64,000 nucleotides of DNA from Eledone cirrhosa (taxonomy: Eukaryota), in NCBI GenBank assembly GCA_964016885.1, contig OZ024743.1, forward strand, positions 313,472,001-313,536,000, in the 5' to 3' direction. A program made the translations under genes and the position numbers. Each line of letters starts with the position of its first letter. Position 1 is the first letter of the stretch. Positions 24,195-36,114 of this stretch are shown piece after piece. The notes below the pieces were generated by a model. That model was not told the DNA's origin, did no database searches, and saw only the letters and a list, made by a program, of their open reading frames with translations.

Positions 24195-24642
24195 ATTTAT
24201 AAAACGCACTTGGTATATCATCTGATGAAAGCGTACCAAAGTGTTGGTACCCTTGAAATATATATAATAGAATAAATATCGTTTTATAAATATAGTTTCC
24301 ATTTATTTAATATCATTGAATATTATACTCCAGAAAACTTGTCGAGTGTTCTGAATCAGTTATAAACATTTATATTTGTGGAATTATCAACAAATTGAAT
24401 ATAACTTTTGCTTATAAATAGCTCCTTTAATGTTGAGCACTTTAAACTTCTTCTATAAATTACCTAAAAATAAGGAATATCTAAAACAACTCATTGAGAA
24501 ATCTGACTCCTTTATACGAAGTCTTAGATGGCGTGCTTTCCATTTTGATAGAACATCGGATGACAAAATAAATAAATCCAGTTACAACTTCGATCATATC
24601 TTTAAATCTAAGAAAAATCCACATAGCAACAAACTACTAGCC

Positions 24643-24645
<3 letters not shown>
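24195..24645 (+). mobile_element. 5' end of a Naiad-type PLE: TATA, hammerhead-like motif and ORF start 24430-24645
   Basis: tataaaa 24198; CTGATGA 24222 ... GAAA 24255; protein LPKNKEYLKQLIEKSDSFIRSLRWRAFHF resembles Naiad PLE N-termini; cut off by (TA)n. Confidence 0.6.
24217..24272 (+). ncRNA. Hammerhead-like motif with long stem II and weak stem I
   Basis: cat-CTGATGA-aag c gtaccaa(agtg)ttggtac c ctt-GAAA-tatata-TA-ata. Confidence 0.55.
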
Positions 24646-24690
<45 letters not shown>

Positions 24691-24696
<6 letters not shown>

Positions 24697-25240
24697 GAGG
24701 TTGGTAATGGCACATGGAATATATAAGAGACAGAATACTTTTTTGTGAAAAAACATATCATTTTATAAGGTAAGGAAATAATAAAGGGTATAAAAAATGA
24801 CCGGTTTCGATGGGTCTGCAAAAGCAATCTTTTCAAATGTTGATTAATATTAAGAAAATTAATAATAAGAAGAGTTAAAATTTGAGATTTGAAAATTCAA
24901 GTATAAAATTCAGTGTGGGATTTCATAGTAGTTTTCATCTTGGTAGCAGCAAGTTGACTGCTGTGTGCCTTTCTGGTAGTGAATTCACTACCAGAAAGGC
25001 ACACAGCAGTCAACTTGCTGAATTTTATACTTGAATTTTCAAATCTCAAATTTTAACTCTTCTTATTATTAATTTTCTTAATATTAATCAACATTTGAAA
25101 AGATGGCTTTTGCAGACCCATCGAAACCGGTCATTTTTTATACCCTTTATTATTTCCTTACCTTATAAAATTATATGTTTTTTCACAAAAAAGTATTCTG
25201 TCTCTTATATATTCCATGTGCCATTACCAACCTCAATTTT
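24691..25240. repeat. Large palindrome/foldback: outer arms 24691-24913 / 25018-25240, perfect 74 bp core 24947-25020
   Basis: Core cagcaagttgactg...gtgaattcac...cagtcaacttgctg is self-complementary; outer arms differ at only a couple of positions; (TA)n on both flanks. Confidence 0.95.
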
Positions 25241-25275
25241 CTCTATAACCTTCGTTTTGTGTAGAAACTTACACT

Positions 25276-25325
<50 letters not shown>

Positions 25326-25329
<4 letters not shown>

Positions 25330-25534
25330 GAAAAAGTGAAGAATAGCATGGTCAACAGTACAAAAATAGGAGTTTATCTACAGTCTAACAATTGTTTCAC
25401 TGATTAAGTTGTCTAAAAATTGCTGAACACTAGAAGCAGTGGCACTCAATTTCAAATACGATGTTAGCTTAACCAGATCATCATAGACAACTTTTTTTGT
25501 ACTGTTGACCATATTATTCTTCACTTTTTCAATT
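25326..25534. repeat. Small element with ~41 bp inverted ends
   Basis: aattgaaaaagtgaagaatagcatggtcaacagtacaaaaa versus tttttgtactgttgaccatattattcttcactttttcaatt. Confidence 0.75.
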
Positions 25535-25700
25535 TTATTACTCCAAGATAAACTTATGTAGGAATACAAGTGAAATCATAAACTCGCCACCTACGTAAAC
25601 CTCTTGTTGAGTCAAACAAAGCCGTACGCTAAAACTATCTATAATAATAAGTATTCACAACCTCTAACTGGATTAACTATAACGATATTTTGTTATCCCT

Positions 25701-25789
<89 letters not shown>

Positions 25790-26273
25790 TTGTCGGGTTG
25801 TAGATAAATGCGTCCATAGGCGAAATACCGGTTGAGCACTCGATGCGCGCGCAGAGCAAAGTATAATATTATGAAGAATGAGAAATCACTATTGCATCAT
25901 ATCACATTTTTTAACATATTACATGTTTTTCCGTCGATCAGGCAAGATCTGTTACATATCGAACCCGACTCTGCATTCGAAGGATATGTTTTGTGTGTTC
26001 AAACATCTCAGCTGCTATTTATCTGTAGTACATATTAGCATCCTGTTATTTCGGCCTTTTCATTGATTCAATAATCCCATCATCACCATCTGTCTGTCCA
26101 CTTTCGTTCATCCATTGATTGGTCAAAAGGCCGTATTCTTTCATCACCACCCAAATCTGTTCGCCAGTTCCTACTACTTTACTATTCTCACATTACGGAC
26201 TTCCCACATATACATATACACGCTCGCACACACACACACATATATAAATATATATACATCCATACACACACCT

Positions 26274-26334
<61 letters not shown>

Positions 26335-26339
26335 TGACC

Positions 26340-28650
26340 ATTCCTTGCTCATGCAGGAACTGATTTTGGCTTGATTTCTACAGCTGGATGCCTTTCCTAA
26401 CACCAACCTCATTTACAGTGAGTGCTGGGAGCTTTTTTCCGTGGCGTCTACACGTCCATTTTACAGTGTGGGCTGGGTGCTTTTTTGCCGTGGCACCTCC
26501 ACGACCACTTTGCAGTGGGAAGGTGTGGGTGCATATTGTCTATATGCTTCAGCTTGTACCCATGAGAGGTCGGGTACTCTGTATTACTGCGTGACGCCAG
26601 AGGTCACGGTCATGTGTCATCGCCTTTGAGAGGTGTAATTGAGTAAGGTCGGCTTTTATCACCTCATCCCAGGTCTTCTTGGATCTCCCCACTCCGCGGT
26701 TTCCATTGACTTCTAGTGCTCTGCACCTTTTTATGCAGCTGTCATCCTTCATACGCATTACATGTCCATACCAACGCAACCGCCTCTCCTGCACACAGCA
26801 TTTGATTCATCTTATGTTCAGTCTCTCTCTCAATTCATTTATGCTTTGCCGTTTGCGTATACTACTATTACACATCCATCGGAGCATGCAGGCATCGTTT
26901 CTTTCTAATCTACGTAAGTCTTCCACCTTCAGCGCCCAGGTCTCACTACCATGTAACATTGCTGTTCGGATACACGCATCATACAGTCTGCCTTTCATTT
27001 TGAGGGAGAAGCCTTTTGCAGCTAGCAGTGGCAGTAGTTCCCTGAACTTCTTCCATCCCGTTCTTACCCTAGTTATTGTACTTTCTGAACACTCACCTCT
27101 GCTGTTAATTCAGAAGCTGTCTACTGTTTCTACAGAGCCCTCCCAGAGATTAGTGGTACTTGTTTCCTGTGGCTGTTTGCTGCTTGCTGTCCCAGCACAG
27201 CTGCTACATGTGAAGCTTACATTCTTAATTAAGCTTCCTGAGAGCCCGCTACATCTCTTGTGTACCCATTGTTTGCATTTGGGGCAGAGAATGGAGTTCC
27301 TACCTACACCTTTCCTCCATACTGAGGGGATCTGGGTTCTGTTTTCTCGTCTACTTACAAGGACCTTAGTCTTTGTCATGTTGACTTTGAGACCCTTTCT
27401 TTCTAGTCCCTGCTTCCAAGTTTAGAATTTCTTCTCTAGTTCTACCATAGATTCAACTATAAGTGCGAGGTCATCTGCATACAGGAGTTCCCATGGGCAT
27501 CCGGTCTTAAACTCCTCCGTTATTGCCTGCAGGACTATGATGAACCTGTACGCTAAATTCCTCGCTATACTCATTGCTAATCCTAACTTTGCTGACTGCT
27601 CACCTGTACATGCCTTGTACAGCTTTCACAAGCAATTCATCTACTCCTAGTTTTCTAAGAGCCCACCAGATTATAGCACGTGGAACTCTGTCAAAGGCTT
27701 TCTCGAGATCGACGAATGCCAGGTAGAGTGGCTTACTTTTAGCCAGGTACTTTTCCAGTAACTGCCTCACAAGAAAGAGGGCATCAGTGGTGCCTCTTCC
27801 TGGTACAAACCCAAATTGCATCTCATCTAGTTTCACCCGTTCCCTAATCAACTGTGCTATAACTCTTTCTGTTACTTTCATGACACGGTCCATCAGCTTT
27901 ATACCTCTATAGTTTCCTCTATCTAGTGCATCACCTTTACCTTTGTAGCAGTTGACAATGATGCAACTGCACCAATCTTTTGGTATGACACCTTCTAGTA
28001 TTACCTGGTTAACAATACGTGTAGTTATAGTGTGACCTACAGACCTAGATACCTTCAGCATCTCGGCAGCTACACCCGATGGACCGGTTGCCTTCCCCAT
28101 CTTCATATCTTTGATTGCCTTACTAACTACGCTGCTGCTGACTTGTACTGCTGGCCCCTCTATAGGGTCTACATGGGGTAGGGTCTCTTCTTCCCATGCA
28201 TTCTCCACATTTAATAATCTAACATAATGGCTCTTCCATGCATCTTTCTTCTCTGCACTTGTGAGGGCAAGCTCACCTTTATCATTCTGGATACACTTCT
28301 CTCCAATGACATCACAATTCTCTCTGACACACTGCCTCACAATCTTGAACACCTGCTGTTTCTGGTTCTCACGTTGCAAAACATGCTTGAATTTTCTATC
28401 CTCTGCTTCCCTCCTAGCTAAGTATACTTGTCGCCTAGCTTCCCTCTTGGTCTCTATGTAATGTACCCTGCTTCCCCCGTTCTTCCATTCTTTCCATGCC
28501 TGTGTCTTGGTCTTAACTGCCTCATCTACCTTATTGTTCCACTACCAAGTCACCCTCCTACTCCTTGTGGTCTTACTCCAGCCCCAGATCTCATCCGTCG
28601 CCTCTAGTACGTTATTTTTTAGGAACTCCCAGTGCTCTTCTACATTGAAT
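26340..28650 (-). mobile_element. 5'-truncated RTE-clade LINE (degenerate RT)
   Basis: KATGPSG, YKGKGD...[66 protein letters not shown]; the GVHQG motif is deleted near 27546. Confidence 0.92.
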
Positions 28651-28651
28651 G

Positions 28652-28700
<49 letters not shown>

Positions 28701-28895
28701 CGAATGTAGAAAAGTAGCACACAAGTTGATATGTATGTAAAAACAAATATAGAAAGTAAAAAGATTTTTTCAGTAGAAAATGTTGAAGAGATATTTTCAG
28801 TGAAATATCAAAACATTAATTTACTTACAATACTGGTTTCAGCAGTTTATGCATTGTCAATTGCGGATATGCAGAATATTGTTAAGTTGCATATT

Positions 28896-28897
<2 letters not shown>

Positions 28898-28963
<66 letters not shown>
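28898..28963. repeat. (TAA)n microsatellite, left edge of the Dong/Tx1 nest
   Basis: About 22 perfect TAA units. Confidence 0.95.
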
Positions 28964-28966
<3 letters not shown>

Positions 28967-29701
28967 AGAAGGAATGCTAATGGCTGCGCAGGAGCAGGCC
29001 CTCAAAACGAAGTGGTTGAAGCACCATATCTACAAGGAGGAGGCTAGCCCACTGTGCAGGATCTGTGGAGAGAGAGAGGAGACTGTGGCTCACATTGTGT
29101 CCGAGTGTAAACACCTAGCCCAGACCCACTATAAGGGCTGGAGACACGATGTGATGGGCAGGGTGATCCACTGGCACCTGTGCAAAGTAAACAATTTACC
29201 ACATTCTGAGAAATGGTATGAGCATAGGCCAGAGGCGGTGATGGAGAACAATCAGGTGAAGGTGCTGTGGGATTTTAGGATACAGACGGACAAAAAACTG
29301 GAACACAATAGACCTGACCTGGTGGTTGTGGACAAAGAAAAAAGATCGTGTCTGATTGTGGATGTGGCCTGCCCGTTCGACACGAGAGTGCAAGAGAAGG
29401 AGAGGGAGAAAATTAACCGATACCAGGACCTAAAGTGGGAGGTGAAAAGGATCTGGAACTGCCATGAAGTCAAAGTGATCCCGATTGTCATAGGCGCACT
29501 GGGGACTATCTCCAAAAGTTTCCAGGGATGGTTAAAGAAAATCGGCCCCTTCACGCTTTTTGGAACGCTTCAAAAGGCATGCTTGCTTGGAACAGCAAGA
29601 ACCCTCCGATACGTCCTGAATATCTGAGGCTGTAGGTAGTAGCTTGATATTCAATCCAACGGACTTTCCAGTTAACCAACATCAATGACTGAGATTCAAG
29701 G
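28964..29701 (+). mobile_element. R4/Dong-type RLE non-LTR element D1 (5'-truncated, open endonuclease domain)
   Basis: AAQEQAL, CRICGEREETVAHIVSEC (CCHC), RHD, NRPDLVV...DVACPFD...EKINRY, PIVIGALG; (TAA)n on both sides. Confidence 0.92.
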
Positions 29702-29976
29702 AATAACAACAATAGTAATAATAATAATAATGCTTTCTTTATTAACCACAAGGGTTTACATAAAGTAGACATTAAGGACAGTGCAGGACAATACAGGCCG
29801 GTATAAATGGGCATTTCTGCGTGTAAAAAAACAGAGGATGTAATAAAAAATAACAATGAAAAATTCCCCAATAGGGGGGAGACTTCGGAGGGACATTTGT
29901 GGAGAAACCCCATTAAAAGGCCACAGTGACCCTGACCACCAGGGCAAGTGCCCTCTCCCAGTTTTCCACCTTTAAT

Positions 29977-32900
29977 TTACAGACAGATACTCAGAGTAGT
30001 CCCATTCACACGGGCTATTCTTGCCTTTCTCACCCATCTTTCAACAAAATGATGGGAAGAGAGCACTTCCCTTTCTACCCTGATTTTCCTTTTAAAATGA
30101 AATTTGAAAAAGTTAATCAGGGCATCACCGAAGAGGTAAGTGCTTGTCTTCAGCCCTTTCAAACGTGTCCACCATACTATCTCTTTCGCCATGACCACCA
30201 GACAGATAAAAACTGCTTGCCCTTCCCGGCTAAAGGAGGAGGGCGGGGCAATCCTCACGATGGACACAGCTGATAGCTGGATCCGTCCTACACGAGACAG
30301 CAGGTGTTCGACATAAACACACAAGTCAGCAATGCTCGGACACTGGACCAGTACGTGCAGGACGGTTTCGTCGCCCTGCGCGCACCTCGGACATGCCCGG
30401 CTGACGGCACCTCCATGCCTGTAGAGTTTATCCCGAACTGGCAAAGCTCCTCGGTAGCACTGCCAGGCCAGGGATTTCTGGAAGTTGTCCATAGGCCCCG
30501 GCCCGAAAGTTCTTCCGAAGAGATTGGCTAGTGGATTTTCGTCGACGCCTAGAGTTTTCCCAAGTACGTCGTCGCTCTTCCCTTCCACTAATCCTCTATA
30601 GAACGCCAAGGTGGAGTTTTCACCGATCACATTGCCCGATTGGTCGAGGGCTGTGAGCGCCTGAAGACATTCCAGTCTCCAAGCACACCCTCTCGGTCTT
30701 CGCTTGACCCAGGACTACAGCTCCGTCAAGGAGACGAGCTGGGGAAAGACGCGTCTAGCAAACGGCGACCACACCTGATCACCGTCGAGGAAGAGGAAGA
30801 GATGTCGTAGCCTGAGCGCGTGTCTGCACATCATTCCCAGCCCTACACGTAGCGAGTGTTGACAACAGATGGACCGCCTGACCATCGGAGCGTGTCCCTT
30901 CCACAAAAAGCGAAAGGGCAAACGCTCCAGCGCAGTCAGGCGGGGCTTAGGACAAGGTACCACGGACAGGCGGTAGGAGATGACGGACGCGATATACGCG
31001 TTAGCCACCTCCGCTCGACCTTTCAGGGATAGCTTCCTCTCGTCCCATTTCTGGGTGAGAAAGCCACCCTGCTCGTCACCTCTTCCCAGTTTTTGTCCGT
31101 CTGGAGATCCGGACCGAACCAGACCCCGAGCAATTTAACCGGTACGTCCGTCCAGCGCCCGACGACGCTGTTTGACGGCATGGACCTGCCTCTCCAGGTG
31201 CCGAGCTGCAGGTCCACTGACTTTTCCTGGTTGATCATTGCTCCTGTCACCGCTTCGTATTCTCTTAGTGTAGTGCCGATCGCCTCGATGTGTTTGGCGT
31301 TCGACACCACTACGGTGACATCGTCCGCATATGCTGACACAGATCTTCCGCATCCTAGTTCGCGCGGGACCCCCCCTCAACGTCTCCAGTTTGTGCAGTA
31401 ATGGCTCGAGAGTCAATACGTACAAGAGGGACGAGAGGGGACATCCTTGGCGGACCGAGCGCATGATGTTGAACGGTTCCGAAAGGTGACCGTTCACTCT
31501 CACTACAGAGCAGATGTCGCTGTGCATGGCAGCGATCCAGCCTCTGAAGACGGGCCCAAAGCCAGCCGCCCTCAGGACTTCCGCTAGGTAACGATGGTCG
31601 ACCCTATCGAAAGCTTTCGACTGATCTAAATTGATCAAGGATCCACCCGTGCCAAGTTCCCTAAATACCCTCTCTACGATGTATCGCATGAGGTGGAGGT
31701 TGTCGTGGATGGATCTGTCGGGAATGGCGCATGTCTGCGCCTCTCCCACCAGACCACCAACGACAAGCGCCAACCTCTTTGCTAGCAACATGGCGAAAAT
31801 CTTGAACTCTGTGTTTAGCAGAGTTATGGGCCTAAACTTGTCTATGTTATCCCCCTTGTTCGGATCCTTTCTCAGCAGCGCCACAGCTCCTCGGCTCACA
31901 GAGCTGGGAATTCTCCTTGTCTGTTGCCAGTTGTAGTAGACGTCCGTTAAGAGGCCTCTGAACAAGTCTGGCATCTGTACGTAAAGTTCATAGGGCAGAC
32001 CATCCAAACCAGGCGCTTTACCCCTTGTGCAGCCAGCCATTGCCTCCCGTACTTCAGCGGCTGTTATCGGCTTTTCGCAACACTCCGCCTCAGTGGCCAA
32101 GAGCCGCGGCAGTCCGTCGAGGTAGACACTAAAGTCCATCCCTCGATCCGGCCCGCCGCTGCCCCCGAAAAGCTGAGCGAAGTGTCGCTGAAAAGCTTCA
32201 CACATTTGCCCGGGATTGAGTAGCATGCGCCCGTCGTGGTCCACCAAAGACCTGATCGTGGCTTTGTTGCCACGACGCGCCTCCGCCACTCGGGCCCATT
32301 GAACGGCTTTCGTCCCCTCGTATCTGAGAGCACGCACCCTAGCTCTGATAACGCAGCCTTCGTGCTTTGCATTGAATAATTGGTCAAGGGCCAATTTCGC
32401 CCCAAGTACGTCGGTCGCGATGCCTTTGCTAAGCGCCTCGTCTAATTTTCTAACTAATTCTCCCTCTGCTCTATTTTTCTCTCTTGCTAAAGCCTTACTA
32501 AACTAATGGACTCTATTTTAATTGCTCTTTTCAGAGCAAACCACCACTTGTTGTTGACGATGGCCCCCGTCAACGCCCGCTTAACTAGTTCGCTAATGTG
32601 GTCTCTGTAGGCCTTGCGCGCTGGTAAGGACGCGTTTAGCTTCCAGTAGCCGGGTCCTCGTTTATGAAGCCTATCTAAGTCAAGCACACAGATCACGAAT
32701 TTGTGGTCCGTGTAGCTGACTATCTTGAATTGTGGACAGCCTATGCTAGAGCTATCTATTTCCCTACAAAATACTCTATCTAGATATGATCTGGATGACC
32801 CTATGCGATTTCTCCAAGTCCACATTGGCACATTCGGGAAATCCAATCAGTACCTGTCAGACAGTTCAAAACGCCTGAGCAGGTTGGTGAGGCTCTTGAA

Positions 32901-33382
32901 CCCTCCTCCCCTATCCGCTAATCCCACACAGTCCAGGCGTGCATCTAAGATCCCGTTCCAGTCGCCCACTAACACTAAAGATCGGGACGTTCCAAGAAAG
33001 GTCTCCAGACGCCGGAAGAAATCAGGCCGCCCTGCTCCTGTCGGAGCATAGACGGCCACTAGCCTGGAAGCTAGCCCGTCTCCGCTGATCACGTCTAGCA
33101 GCACCAACTTACCTTCTGGGTCCAGGAAAATGGCCCGTATGGCGAGATCCAAACCTCTCCGAAAAAGCACAGCAACCTATCCCTCCGATCCCGGACGGCT
33201 GGGAGATGCGTACACATCGTAGCCGCCGAAGATCGGTGCGAAGGCCTGTGCTTCGGAGATTCTGGTTCTCTGATGGCCACTACATCTATGTTTAGTGACC
33301 TGAGGTCGTTGAGCAGGTGGCCCTGCTTCCATGACAACCCCAAGCCACGCGCATTTATGCTGCCTATTCTGAGTGAGATCAT
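29977..33382 (-). pseudogene. Tx1-B ORF2 (APE, RT, zinc finger), frameshifted
   Basis: SINARGL, GDWNG, SYLDR, TDHK, GPGYWKLN, KAPGLDG, FRPITLLN, LDQSKAFDRVDH, RQGCPLS, YADD, CPRC...ETVLHVLVQC. Confidence 0.92.
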
Positions 33383-33416
33383 GTTGAAAAGGAGTGGAAA
33401 AGATGGGAAAGACCAC

Positions 33417-34750
33417 TTACCTTACTTCTCGTAGGGGAAGGACGGTTTTTCCATCCTTTTTACTGCTTGTGGCCTCCTCAGGAAGGATGTCCTTATAAAT
33501 CCTCCTGGAGAGTGCTTGTCGGAAGTCTCCGATGTCTTTGGGGAATTTTTGTTTTAGTGTCATGTACGTTTTCTGTGTGATGCGAGTGATTTGTATGCGT
33601 GGAGGTGGTGTGAATTTTTGGGTTGTTGTGTAGTCTTTTTCTGTGAAGCTGGTGTTGTGTTGCATGTAGTGTAATAATTGGTTGTTGTTCAAATTTAATG
33701 CTGTGTAGTGTGTATCGTTTTGGTTGTTTTGTTTTGTTTGCGTTTGTTGTGGGTTTGTTTCTGTTACGCTTTTTGGTTACTTTTGGGTGTAGGTGATGGT
33801 GGTGTTGGGGTTAATGAATGTGATGGTGTTGGTGTTTGGGTTGATGGGGTTGGTGATGCTGGTGTGGATGGTGGCATATCTGTCCTAACTTTTTTGTTTG
33901 TTAATTTATTTGCTTCCCTCTGTATTTTGTTTTTGGAGGGGGAAGGAAGAGAATTTTTTCTTTTTTGGTTTCTTTTTTTTTCTGATACCGTTTCCCACTC
34001 CTCGTCATCTGTCTCCAGTTGTGATAGGCCGGGGAGTGGAAAATCCTCCACAGGCGTTAGTTTTGGTTGTGGCTTCGTGGATGGTGTAGGCGCTGGTGCT
34101 AGTTCTGAAGCGTTGGGTGGTGGTGGTGTTGGTTTTGCTGGTGGTGGTGGTGTTGGTTTTGCTACTGTTGCTAGGGTTGTTGCTGTTATAGTTGCTTCTG
34201 TTGTTGCTGCTACAGTTGTTGCTGCCATCTCTGCTACTGGTGGTGTTGATGGTTGTGTCACTGGGGCTGACCCTGTACCCATCTTTCTCTACCATTCTTT
34301 TGGCTTCTTATAATTCCTCCTGAGTTACATGGATCGCTTCGCATGTTTTTGCTACTCTGGCAAAACTCAGGGTAGTTTTCTTAATTTCATTGTTGCTGTT
34401 GATGTTATCGTTATTTTTGTTATTGTCAATTTTAGTTTCCGTTGTGGTGGTGGTGGCTTCAGTGGTGTTCGGTGTGGAAGAGTTCATTTTGGTTGAATTC
34501 ATTTCGATATAATGAGTTAATTTATTTTTTCTTTTGTTTCTGTTGTCGCTGTGGTGGTGGTGGTGCGGGTGGCGGCTTTAACACCTGCAGTCATTGGTAA
34601 TGGCGGGAAATGAATGTCTGGCTGAAACAAATTTAAAATATTGCTACTGCTTATATTTTTAGTGTTGGCAAACGTAGTAATATTTACAATGGTGGTGTCG
34701 GTGTGAGGTGTTAGTTTGTGAGGAAGGCTCTCAGCTACTGAGTCGGCCAT
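33417..34750 (-). pseudogene. Tx1-B ORF1, degenerate; central CCHC-containing part apparently missing
   Basis: T/N-rich N-terminus, LSFARVAK, P/T-rich linker, EEWETVSEKKR and a C-terminus similar to Tx1-A ORF1. Confidence 0.65.
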
Positions 34751-34989
34751 GATTTTTCAAAGAAAATCTTTTTTTGTTTGATAATTATAAAAAGTTTAAA
34801 TTTGGGGCTTAAGACCCCAATCTTTTTGAGTGTCCTTTTCAGAAATCAATGTATGTGCACTTATATACAGTTAACAATAAACATTTTCCATAAATGGCAA
34901 TTTTAAACAACTGAAAATAACAAACCTTTGCGGAGCTCACGAAGATACGATTTACTACGTAGGTCGCCAATAATAATAATAATAATAAT

Positions 34990-36096
34990 GAACAAAAAGA
35001 AATGGATAGGAAGACTAGGAAGCTATTGACTATCTACAACATGTTCCACAAGAGGAGTGATGTCGATAGACTCTACTTAAGGAGATCTGAAGGTGGAAGA
35101 GGTCTTATTAGGATAGAGGACTGTTTTCAGATGGAGAAAAAGAACCTACTCAAATACGTGACCGATAGTAAGGAGCCAATGCTCAGAATTGTACTGAAGG
35201 AGAGGACAATAGACCAGGGGATGTCCAAGGAGGAAATAACAACAAGGAGAAAGAGCAACCTTCATGAAAAATCCCTTCATAGTACCTTCTTTGAGGAAAC
35301 GGAATTCAGAGATCCACAGACATGGAACTGGTTGAGAAGAGGAGATTTTAAAAAGGCTACATAAGGAATGCTAATAGCTGCGCAAGAGCAGGCCCTCAAA
35401 ACGAAGTGGCTGAAACACCATATTTACAAGTAGGAGGCTAGCCCTCTGTGTAGCATATGTGGAGAGAGAGAGAGGAGACTGTGACTCACATTGTATCCGA
35501 GTGTAAACACCTAGCCCAGACTCACTATAAAGGGTGGAGACACGATGTGATGGGCAGGGTGATCCACTGGTACCTATGCAAAGTAAACAATTGACCACAT
35601 TCTGAGAAGTGGTATGAGCATAAGCCAGAATCGGTGATAGAAAACGATCAGGTGAAGGTGCTGTGGGATTTTAGGATACAGACGGACAAGAAACTGGAAC
35701 ACAATAGACCTGACCTGGTGGTTTTGGACAAGGAAAAAACTTCGTGCCTCATTGTGGATGTAGCCTGCCCATTCGACACGAGAGTGCAAGAGAAGGAGAG
35801 GGAGAAAATTAACCGATACCAGGACTTAAAGTGGGAGGTAAAAAGGATATGGAACTGCCATGAAGTCAAAGTGGTCCCGATTGTCATAGGCGCAATAGTT
35901 ACTATCTCAAAAAGCTTCCAGGGATGGTTAAAGAAAATTGGCCCGCCCCGCATTTTGGAACACTTCAAAAGGCATGCTTGCTAAGAACAGCAAGAACCCT
36001 CCGATACGTCCTGAATATCTGAGACTGCAGGTAGTGGCTTGATATTCATTTCAACAAACTTTCCACTTAACTAACATCAATGACTGAGACTCAAAG
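34990..36096 (+). mobile_element. Dong-type element D2 (5'-truncated, stops)
   Basis: DRLYLRRSEGGRGL, RLE domain and the same 3' UTR as D1; (TAA)n on both sides. Confidence 0.92.
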
Positions 36097-36114
36097 AACA
36101 ATAATAATAATAAT

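Larger units (their letters stand above)
29734..34968 (-). mobile_element. Near full-length L1/Tx1 LINE (Tx1-B) inserted in (ATT)n
   Basis: 5' ggcgacc after (ATT)n; ORF1 pieces 34750-33417; ORF2 33382-29977; 3' end cccttgtggttaataaagaaa followed by (ATT)n. Confidence 0.93.

Noticed and set aside
26679-27425. Long antisense ORFs over LINEs (also 12995-13543, 33708-34313, 45805-46248)
   Set aside because: Shadow frames of TE coding strands with no independent motifs.
28731-29627. 298 aa ORF with a poly-N tract as a host gene
   Set aside because: Chance in-frame fusion of flanking DNA, (TAA)n and the 5'-truncated Dong element D1.
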